Shown here piece by piece: positions 1 to 4,858 of a stretch of 5,936 bases of DNA. Source of the DNA: Caedimonas varicaedens. GTDB taxonomy: Bacteria > Pseudomonadota > Alphaproteobacteria > Caedimonadales > Caedimonadaceae. The first letter of the stretch is position 1. Each line of letters opens with the position of its first letter. The stretch covers positions 1 through 5,936 of the forward strand of contig BBVC01000026.1 in the NCBI GenBank assembly GCA_001192655.1. Direction: 5' to 3'. A model generated the notes under the pieces. The model saw nothing but the letters and a program-made list of their open reading frames with translations. It was not told the origin of the DNA and did no database searches. The translations under genes were made by a program, and so were the position numbers.

Positions 1-2
1 TT

Positions 3-1478
3 GTGACGTTGATTCCCAGCACACGACAAATTCTCTCTATACGCCGCAACTGGGAAGAAGACGATCCTGACGTGAGGCGCATTGAATACTTTGTGCAATA
101 TACCCTGTTTCCGGGGTTTGGTCTTTATGGTCTTGGCTATGCCCAACTGCTGGGAAGCAATGTCCATGCCCTCACCAGTATTTTAAGACAGCTGATCGAC
201 AAGGGGATTTTGAGCAATTTCCCCGGAGGATTGCGCGCCAGTGGTCTCAAAATTCCCCAGAACGACAAGCTGATCGGCCCCGGTGAGTTTGTGGAGGTGA
301 ACACGGCGGGATTCCGTTCCTTAAAGGACAGCATTATTCCGCTACCCTATGGGGAGCCTTCGGTAGTCCTCAAAGACCTTTACGAGATGCTCCGCCGTCA
401 AACTCAGGAATTGTCGTCAGCGGTTGAGTTGAATGTGAGCGACCAAGGAGGCAATACCCCTGTGGGCACCATGATGGCGCAAGTGGATGTGGCGCACAGG
501 CTCCAATCCTCCATCCTTAAATCCCTCAAGCAAGCGCTCAGTCAGGAACTCGGGATTTTGTATCGTCTGTTTGGACAATGCTTGCCGGACACCCCTTATC
601 CTTTTGCGGTGGTGGGAGGTCAGCATCAGGTGATGCGGGCGGACTTTAACCAAAGTCTTGTGTTGGCTCCCACGGGCAACGGCCTGCTGTCTACCTCGAC
701 CCAACGCATTGCCCATGTACAGGAATTGCTGAAACTCTCTTCCCAGGCTCCCCAGTTGTTTGATCTGAAAGCCGTTTACAAACGGGCGTGCAAAACCCTG
801 CAAATTGAGAATATCGAGGAGATTATGCCCCCGCAACAGGAAGCATTGCCTCTCGACCCTGTTACGGAGAATATGAACGCCGTGCAAGGAAAACCTCTGA
901 CGGTCGCAATATGGCAGGATCATGAAGCTCATCTGGCCGTTCACGGGCAATTTGCCCAGGAAAATCCTGATACCGCACCCACTCTGCAAGCCCATATGGC
1001 CACCCACAGAGCGTATGCGTATCAGCTTCAGATGCAACAAGCTCTGGGGTATGCGTTACCTGTTCTGGAAGAAGAGCAAAACCCCCAGATTCAAAACCAG
1101 ATCGCTATGGGTGCCGCAGAAATCACAGGACAACAGCAGGCAACACAGAATCAATCTCAGCCACAGCCTGTTGATCCCAACGCGGTGCTGATGGCGGATA
1201 TCAAAGCCAAAGAAGAAGGCAACCAGTTGAAATTTGCCGAAGCCCAACTGAAAGCCCAGACCGAAGCGTTTAAAGCCCAGCTTCAGTTTGAGATGCAAAA
1301 ACATAAGCTGGAAGTGGAGCAGCTGCTCGCTGACCAGAAGAATGCCGTCCAGTTACAAATTGAAAGCATGAAACACGCGAGCATGGGACAGACTCCCGTG
1401 GATCATTCCGACAATGACCAGAGGGAAGACGTCCCTCTTTTAACCCCCAACGAAGGAGAAGAAGTTTATGGACAATGA
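3..1478 (+). CDS. Phage portal (head-to-tail connector)-like protein, probably 5'-partial
   Basis: The longest ORF in the window (491 codons) is open to the window edge, so the GTG at 3 is probably not the true start. Its stop overlaps the start of the next head-module gene by 11 nt (ATGGACAATGA). The C-terminus has a Gln-rich tract (QNPQIQNQ...QQQATQNQSQPQP) followed by a long K/E/Q/A helix (KAKEEGNQLKFAEAQLKAQTEAFKAQLQFEMQKHKLEVEQLLADQKNAVQLQIESMKH). From memory this resembles the C-terminal crown/barrel of podovirus portals (T7 gp8, P22 gp1). No search was run. Confidence 0.55.
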   Translation: MTLIPSTRQILSIRRNWEEDDPDVRRIEYFVQYTLFPGFGLYGLGYAQLLGSNVHALTSILRQLIDKGILSNFPGGLRASGLKIPQNDKLIGPGEFVEVNTAGFRSLKDSIIPLPYGEPSVVLKDLYEMLRRQTQELSSAVELNVSDQGGNTPVGTMMAQVDVAHRLQSSILKSLKQALSQELGILYRLFGQCLPDTPYPFAVVGGQHQVMRADFNQSLVLAPTGNGLLSTSTQRIAHVQELLKLSSQAPQLFDLKAVYKRACKTLQIENIEEIMPPQQEALPLDPVTENMNAVQGKPLTVAIWQDHEAHLAVHGQFAQENPDTAPTLQAHMATHRAYAYQLQMQQALGYALPVLEEEQNPQIQNQIAMGAAEITGQQQATQNQSQPQPVDPNAVLMADIKAKEEGNQLKFAEAQLKAQTEAFKAQLQFEMQKHKLEVEQLLADQKNAVQLQIESMKHASMGQTPVDHSDNDQREDVPLLTPNEGEEVYGQ

Positions 1479-2259
1479 GAATTCAAAAACAGATTTACAA
1501 ACATTAGCCGTCTCTTTTAAAGAAAAATTTATTGAACATTGGACATCGTTTGAAAAACACGAATCTTGGCGGGATATTTTTACGGTTTATCCCAGTCGTC
1601 ATGCAGAAGAAACCGATGAAGACGGTGAGGAGATCACCCACTACGTTCACAAAACCCATGCGTTAGGATTTAGTCTTTCGCCAGAAGAAGCTCAAGAAGG
1701 ATGGACGCGTCAGATGGAAACCCACTGCAATTTCTTATTTCCGCCCATGCTCGGTTTGCTGGAAAAAGAAGCCGCTGCTGTTTTTGATGAGATTTTGACG
1801 TCTCCCAAGTTTGAGAAGAATCGACAGCATGCTGTTTTGTCTCTCCATGCTTTCAAAAATGCTTTGGACTCACTCACAAAAGAAAAAGATGCGTCAGGAC
1901 TGAGGGTTGATCTCCAGTCTAAAATGCTCATCGTCCCTGCCGCATTGCAATTCGAGGTTGATAGACAAATACCCCGAGAATATCTGGAGGGTTTGGGTGT
2001 CACACGGATCATCAATCTCGCGCTGAATAATCCTCACGCGTGGTTTTTGATCACCGATGCTCCCAATGGATTCAAATGCTTTGAACGACAAAAACCAGAA
2101 TTGGACGTTTGGGCAGAAGAAGGGGGACGCCATGTTACGACCGAAAAGATCGTTGATGTTGAGCCCAAACTTCTCTTCAAGATCAGCGCCCGTTATTCCT
2201 TCGGATGCACCAATCCCAACGCTGTGTTTGCCTCCACAGGAACAGGAGAGAGGAAATGA
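1468..2259 (+). CDS. Phage head structural protein, possibly a Mu gpT-like (HK97-fold) major capsid protein
   Basis: The ORF has 263 codons. An AAGGAG SD lies at 1453-1458, 9 nt before the ATG at 1468, and the start overlaps the portal stop. The C-terminal motifs KMLIVPAALQFE, AWFLITDAPNGFKCFERQKPEL and ISARYSFGCTNPNAVFASTG resemble my recollection of the Mu-like gpT capsid family (LvVPpaL, WfLlD...ikP.i.QeR.kPef, yGvdaR...G.g.Wq.a). Placement directly after the portal fits. The function is unverified. Confidence 0.45.
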   Translation: MDNENSKTDLQTLAVSFKEKFIEHWTSFEKHESWRDIFTVYPSRHAEETDEDGEEITHYVHKTHALGFSLSPEEAQEGWTRQMETHCNFLFPPMLGLLEKEAAAVFDEILTSPKFEKNRQHAVLSLHAFKNALDSLTKEKDASGLRVDLQSKMLIVPAALQFEVDRQIPREYLEGLGVTRIINLALNNPHAWFLITDAPNGFKCFERQKPELDVWAEEGGRHVTTEKIVDVEPKLLFKISARYSFGCTNPNAVFASTGTGERK

Positions 2260-2549
2260 CCTCCAAACCCAAGAAACCAACTCTTCCGCCCCGTCTTGCG
2301 AAGAAAAGCACTCTGACAAGACGGCGCAATGACGTCAATCAAACTTTAAAAAAAGTACTGGAGAGCGAAGTCTTGCCTCCCTCGAAAGGTCAGAAACACT
2401 CTTTTGATAAAAAACCCAAAGGTCCTCTGGGCGTCAATGGCGTGGTGAAAGATGTGTTGGAAGCCGAGAATTTTATCAAACCTCGCAAAATGGCTTGCGG
2501 CGGTGTGGCCAAGATTCGGCTGGGGCAAAGCACGCCCTCGGGCTGTTAG
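2256..2549 (+). CDS. Small, very basic hypothetical protein (97 aa), third gene of the head operon
   Basis: The ATG at 2256 overlaps the upstream TGA (ATGA). An AGGAG SD at 2244-2248 has a 7-nt spacer. The track's longer version (2205) has no SD and lies inside the upstream gene. About 21 of 97 residues are K or R. No family was recognised. Confidence 0.6.
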   Translation: MTSKPKKPTLPPRLAKKSTLTRRRNDVNQTLKKVLESEVLPPSKGQKHSFDKKPKGPLGVNGVVKDVLEAENFIKPRKMACGGVAKIRLGQSTPSGC

Positions 2550-2604
2550 CGCCGGAGGTAAAATGATACAGATCATCGGTTGAATTTTGATACACCCACG
2601 CATT

Positions 2605-2624
2605 AACTCCTTTTCAAAGGAGTT
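2605..2624 (+). promoter_or_regulatory. Hairpin that pairs with the SD of the istA stub (8-bp stem AACTCCTT/AAGGAGTT, 4-nt loop)
   Basis: aactcctt-ttca-aaggagtt is a perfect inverted repeat. Its right arm contains AAGGAG (2617-2622), the only good SD for the ATG at 2633. No T-run follows, so it is not a typical intrinsic terminator. Confidence 0.35.
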
Positions 2625-2632
2625 TAGGAATA

Positions 2633-2776
2633 ATGATTCAGTGGGAACAAACGATGGAAATAAAAATATTACGCCGACAAGGCAAGAGTCTAAGAAGGAT
2701 CGCTCATGAGGTTGGTATGGCCGTGAATACAGTTCGTAAATATCTCCAACATGAAGGCAGACCTTTTTATAGCTAA
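2633..2776 (+). pseudogene. istA: IS21-family transposase IstA, N-terminal HTH stub (47 codons), truncated by the IS630-family insertion
   Basis: MIQWEQTMEIKILRRQGKSLRRIAHEVGMAVNTVRKYLQHEGRPFYS aligns position for position with the IS21 IstA N-terminus as I remember it (MLSREDFYMIKQMRQQGAYIVDIATQIGCSERTVRRYLKYPEPP), sharing E-x4-IK-x2-R-x-QG-x5-IA-x3-G-x4-TVR-x-YL. The TAA stop (2774-2776) lies inside the terminal repeat of the neighbouring IS. No catalytic domain or istB is present in the window. Confidence 0.75.
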
Positions 2777-2798
2777 CAACATATAAAACGGTCATATT
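2770..2798. repeat. Terminal inverted repeat of the IS630-family element (transposase 3' side)
   Basis: tagctaacaacatataaaacggtcatatt compared with the reverse complement of 3645-3673, tagctaaaaacctttaaaatggttatatt, gives 24/29 identities. Confidence 0.7.
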
Positions 2799-3328
2799 TT
2801 ATTATCCTGAAATAATTGCTCGATAGAACACCTTTTTTTGCGTCTAATTGCTTTTGCTTGTGCCCATTTATGCTCGATGGGATTAAAGTCTGGAGAATAA
2901 GGAGGCAGATACAGCACGATATGCCCTGCCTCAGCAATTGCTTTTTGCATCGCTTTTCCCTTATGAAAGGTGGCATTATCCAAAATAAGGACGCTTTTAG
3001 GAGGCAGTTTCGGAAGTAAATCGTCAATGATCCATTGTGTAAACACCTCGGTATTAATCGAGAAGCAGAACAAGCTCACGGTCAATAGCAGACCTTGGAA
3101 TAAGGCGCCGATGACATTCGTTCGTCCCTTTGCTCCCCAATCATGAATCCCCTCACATCTCTTTCCTTTTGGAGAATAACCATGAGTGCGTGGCATATGG
3201 TGTGCAAATCCAGATTCATCAAGAGAAATGATAGGATGCCCTGCTTCTTCATAAGCTTTCAGCTCTTGACAAAAAGTAGCACGCTTTTCTGGATCGGCCT
3301 TGGGATGTTTGAGCGTTTTTTTTATAGG
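2792..3328 (-). CDS. IS630-family transposase, catalytic DDE part (+1 frame relative to the N-terminal part, no start codon of its own)
   Basis: The frame opens after a TGA (- strand, 3331-3329) and reads KKTLKHPKADPEKRATFCQELKAYEEAGHPIISLDESGF...SVLILDNATFHKGK...LPPYSPDFNPIEHKWAQAK. The D, D and E residues are present, with 34 residues counted between the second D and the E (DD34E). There are no internal stops down to the TGA at 2794-2792. Confidence 0.85.
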   Translation of the reverse strand, partial: PIKKTLKHPKADPEKRATFCQELKAYEEAGHPIISLDESGFAHHMPRTHGYSPKGKRCEGIHDWGAKGRTNVIGALFQGLLLTVSLFCFSINTEVFTQWIIDDLLPKLPPKSVLILDNATFHKGKAMQKAIAEAGHIVLYLPPYSPDFNPIEHKWAQAKAIRRKKRCSIEQLFQDNKI

Positions 3329-3617
3329 TCACATTCAAGCGTTTTAAAGCGTGCCATATCCCCATAGAGCTCACACCAAGACGTTCTGCTCTCTCGTACT
3401 GATAAGCATCAGGATAAAGCTGTATATCTTCTTTAAGGGCATCCATATTAAGCTTAGTGGCTGGTTTATGACGATGTGTCTGAGGCTCAGGCTTCTTGAC
3501 CCATCTGACAAGACTGGTCACTCCAACACCAAAGAGATCCGCCGTTTCAGCAAAACTCAAATTTTTCTTCTTTTTTACAGATAAAACACGAAGTCTAAAA
3601 TCTAATGAATAGGTCAT
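3249..3617 (-). CDS. IS630-family transposase, N-terminal DNA-binding part (frame 0, 122 codons, ends after the A8 run)
   Basis: MTYSLDFRLRVLS...TSLVRWVKK...LYPDAYQYERAERLGVS...ALKRLNVTYKK matches the paired-like HTH N-terminus of ISY100-type transposases as I remember it (MAYSLDLRQKV...). After Y98-K99-K100 the frame gives unrelated sequence and stops at 3251-3249. Confidence 0.85.
   Translation of the reverse strand: MTYSLDFRLRVLSVKKKKNLSFAETADLFGVGVTSLVRWVKKPEPQTHRHKPATKLNMDALKEDIQLYPDAYQYERAERLGVSSMGIWHALKRLNVTYKKNAQTSQGRSRKACYFLSRAESL
3316..3323 (-). other. A8 homopolymer (T8 on the + strand) at the junction of the two transposase frames; a frameshift or slippage site
   Basis: The - strand reads tat aaa aaa aac. 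With one A fewer, the reading is Y-K-K-T-L-K-H-P-K-A-D-P, a continuous 274-aa transposase by my count. Confidence 0.6.
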
Positions 3618-3644
3618 GGAATAATCCTCTTAAAAATTATCCAT

Positions 3645-3673
3645 AATATAACCATTTTAAAGGTTTTTAGCTA
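3645..3673. repeat. Terminal inverted repeat of the IS630-family element (transposase 5' side)
   Basis: This is the partner of 2770-2798. It lies 27 nt upstream of the transposase ATG (3617, - strand), which has an AGAGGA SD 7 nt before it. Confidence 0.7.
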
Positions 3674-3674
3674 T

Positions 3675-4016
3675 ATTCAACAAGCTCTTAACGCGCTCGC
3701 TCATCAAGAACGCAAGCTCTTGGACTTGGGAGAGCAACGCCAGAAACACGATCACCAGATCGCCAATGTGCAGGACTCTGTCCTCGCTCTTTTCCGTTCT
3801 GTCGGCAATTATAGAAAGCAAGAGGGTGTGACCGAAGAAGAAGATGAAAACGAGAATGACCCTCTCTCGTATGAAGCTCGCTTCAAACTGAAACAGCATC
3901 TCAATGTTTTATTTGACTATGTAAGACATCAGGCGGATGTGAACATACAGAAAGCGCTTGAAGACTCCCGAAATCAACGGACTCTGATTGCTGAAAATAT
4001 TGCAAAGGGGATATAA
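3675..4016 (+). pseudogene. 3' fragment of a helical, charged hypothetical gene, 5'-truncated at the IS boundary
   Basis: The frame IQQALNALAHQERKLLDLGEQRQKHDHQ...IAENIAKGI* is open right through the IS end, back to a TGA at 3606-3608. There is no in-frame ATG or GTG with an SD. The track's start at 3720 is a TTG without an SD. Confidence 0.5.
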
Positions 4017-4065
4017 AGAAATGAAGAAAAATGACAGAATAGAGCCGTTTTTTATGAAAAAAGAC

Positions 4066-4094
4066 TTGACGGGCAGACAAAAGTTTAGTAAGAT
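4066..4094 (+). promoter_or_regulatory. Putative sigma70-type promoter: -35 TTGACG (4066-4071), 17-bp spacer, -10 TAAGAT (4089-4094)
   Basis: Hexamers and spacing were read directly. T6 (4048-4053) and A6 (4057-4062) tracts lie immediately upstream and resemble an UP element. The site sits in an AT-rich gap 74 nt upstream of the first gene of a co-directional operon. Confidence 0.4.
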
Positions 4095-4104
4095 AAGCGT
4101 GACA

Positions 4105-4130
4105 TTAGGGAATCTTCGAACTTTCCCTAA
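4105..4130. promoter_or_regulatory. 26-bp near-perfect palindrome TTAGGGAAtcTTCGAActTTCCCTAA; candidate operator or 5'-UTR hairpin
   Basis: 22 of 26 positions are self-complementary, with 8-bp outer arms and a central TTCGAA. It starts about 11 nt after the predicted -10, so it overlaps the expected transcription start region. The palindrome itself is certain. Its function is inferred. Confidence 0.45.
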
Positions 4131-4167
4131 CGCCACTAACACCATTAACTCGAATTAGGAGCTAACA

Positions 4168-4359
4168 ATGCTAAAAAACTCAATAGGTCAATTCGACCCT
4201 AAAATCAAGACTAAAACGCTGACAGCGTCTCCCAATGTTCTCGAAGGCTTGGCCTATATCCGCCAACGTAACGAAGAATTGGTAGAAGCCCTGGATCATT
4301 CCGTGGAACGGTTCGAGCAACTGTTGGCGTTTTATCAAGCGGACGCTTATAGCTCCTGA
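4168..4359 (+). CDS. Hypothetical small protein (63 aa)
   Basis: An AGGAG SD (4157-4161) lies 6 nt before the ATG. It is the first gene after the predicted promoter. The C-terminal half looks helical (NEELVEALDHSVERFEQLLAFYQ). No family was recognised. Confidence 0.6.
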   Translation: MLKNSIGQFDPKIKTKTLTASPNVLEGLAYIRQRNEELVEALDHSVERFEQLLAFYQADAYSS

Positions 4360-4411
4360 CGCCTTAATTTTTAAAACTTTTTAAGCCAAGATTAAATAAA
4401 GGAGAATCGCT

Positions 4412-4627
4412 ATGCGGTCTGCAAATACTCAAACTACGTCTCATTTTCTGTTCATACACAACGGGATGCCTTCGGTTCAAGCGTCCCAAGAGTCCCTGAT
4501 TCACTGGGACTTTCCTGAAGAAGACGAGGAGCATTATGGCAAGCTCAGCTTCGATTGTGGGGAATGGGGAAGCTCGTCAGACGAGCAAGAATGGCAAGAC
4601 GATTATACCAACAGTATTCGGTTATAG
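4412..4627 (+). CDS. Hypothetical small, strongly acidic protein (71 aa; 14 D/E against 3 K/R)
   Basis: An AAAGGAG SD (4398-4404) lies 7 nt before the ATG. The C-terminal half is D/E- and aromatic-rich (WDFPEEDEEHYGKLSFDCGEWGSSSDEQEWQDDY). The TAG stop overlaps the SD of the next gene. Confidence 0.6.
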   Translation: MRSANTQTTSHFLFIHNGMPSVQASQESLIHWDFPEEDEEHYGKLSFDCGEWGSSSDEQEWQDDYTNSIRL

Positions 4628-4636
4628 GAGAAGAAA

Positions 4637-4858
4637 ATGAAAATTTTATTAACCTCCGCGCAAATTATAAAACGGCGTCCCGTGTGGACACACAACGCTC
4701 TCACAAAATTTGTCGAAAGTGATCACGTTCAAAAATCAAAAGTAGGAGACAAAAATGTCCCTCTTTACGATATGGCCAAGGTGATCGCCGCCGAACAAAC
4801 CGAGAATTTTAAACAATGGCGTACACAATATGAAGCAAAGAAACGGAGTCAATCATGA
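4637..4858 (+). CDS. Small protein (73 aa), possibly an excisionase/AlpA/MerR-type winged-HTH DNA-binding protein
   Basis: An AGGAG SD (4626-4630) lies 6 nt before the ATG. ILLTSAQIIKRRPVWTHNALTKFVESDHVQKSKVGDKNVPLYDMAKV loosely follows the HTH_17/Xis pattern (LLT..eaA..l.vs..Tl.rlv..G.l...kiG.r.rf...dv). The stop overlaps the nuclease start (ATGA). The domain call is weak. Confidence 0.5.
   Translation: MKILLTSAQIIKRRPVWTHNALTKFVESDHVQKSKVGDKNVPLYDMAKVIAAEQTENFKQWRTQYEAKKRSQS

Larger units (their letters stand above)
2770..3673 (-). mobile_element. IS630/Tc1-mariner family insertion sequence, small ISY100-like type (~900 bp plus flanking TA)
   Basis: Imperfect terminal inverted repeats match at 24 of 29 positions by hand alignment. 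Both start TAGCTAA and both are flanked by TA (tatagcta / tagctata). They enclose one transposase reading unit with IS630-type motifs. The boundaries are ambiguous by +/-2 nt because of the TATA context. The element is visibly more AT-rich than its flanks: hand counts of 60-nt lines give ~30-42 % G+C, against ~48 % for line 1. Confidence 0.85.

Noticed and set aside
137-1304. Track ORFs inside the portal gene: 137-334 (-), 417-1040 (-), 1056-1304 (-) and 922-1191 (+)
   Set aside because: They are fully embedded in, or antisense to, a much longer ORF with coherent protein-like sequence. They have no SDs, and their composition is Arg/Leu/Cys-rich and low in complexity, as is typical of shadow frames.
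2205-2255. The longer 114-aa version of the basic protein, starting at 2205
   Set aside because: The extra 17 codons (MHQSQRCVCLHRNRREE) lie inside the upstream gene with no SD. The ATG at 2256 has an AGGAG SD and an ATGA stop-start overlap.
1710-2332. Track ORFs 1710-2015 (-), 1894-2319 (-) and 2057-2332 (+)
   Set aside because: These are shadow frames of the 263-aa head gene and the following gene. They have no ribosome-binding sites and do not look like real proteins.
2563-2583. Mini-ORF MIQIIG* behind a GGAGG SD, whose first 9 nt (ATGATACAG) resemble the istA start (ATGATTCAG)
   Set aside because: It has only 6 codons, the SD spacing is just 4 nt, and an 8/9 match over 9 nt can arise by chance. 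The TGATACA inside it is better explained as a terminal repeat of the IS21-type end.
2346-2795. 149-aa ORF on the - strand spanning the basic-protein gene, the gap, the istA stub and the IS end
   Set aside because: It crosses four independent features, including an IS boundary. It has no SD and a hydrophobic, Cys-rich shadow-like sequence.
2773-3584. Track ORFs 2773-3027 (-), 2816-3019 (+), 3143-3367 (+) and 3351-3584 (+) inside the IS630-type element
   Set aside because: They are alternative or antisense frames of the transposase gene. The transposase frames carry the recognisable HTH and DDE motifs, and these frames do not.
3720-4016. Treating 3720-4016 as a complete 98-aa gene with a TTG start
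   Set aside because: There is no SD upstream of the TTG, and the frame is open for another 37 codons upstream, straight into the IS terminus. A truncated gene is the more economical reading, but this remains unproven.
3657-4145. Track ORFs 3657-3899 (-) and 3909-4145 (-)
   Set aside because: The first is antisense to the beheaded ORF and starts inside the IS repeat. The second runs through the AT-rich promoter and palindrome region. Both are Phe/Leu/Ile-rich, as expected from AT-rich non-coding or antisense sequence.
4021-4158. Untracked 45-codon ORF (MKKNDRIEPFFMKKDLTGRQKFSKISVTLGNLRTFPNATNTINSN) filling the gap before the operon
   Set aside because: It coincides with the A/T tracts, the -35/-10 hexamers and the 26-bp palindrome. 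It has only a weak AGGGG about 10 nt upstream, and its composition reflects AT-rich DNA. It is kept as the alternative to the promoter interpretation.
4160-4168. A 9-mer AGCTAACAA identical to the start of the IS630 terminal repeat (2771-2779), suggesting a solo end or MITE remnant
   Set aside because: Similarity collapses after 9 nt. The 9-mer overlaps the functional SD-to-ATG spacer of the 63-aa gene, and a single 9-mer repeat in ~6 kb on two strands is within chance expectation.
4360-4411. AT-rich spacer ttaatttttaaaactttttaa after the 63-aa gene as a possible terminator or second promoter
   Set aside because: Only A/T pairing is possible, there is no GC stem and no convincing -35/-10 pair, and a strong SD follows immediately. 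It is most likely a simple intercistronic spacer.
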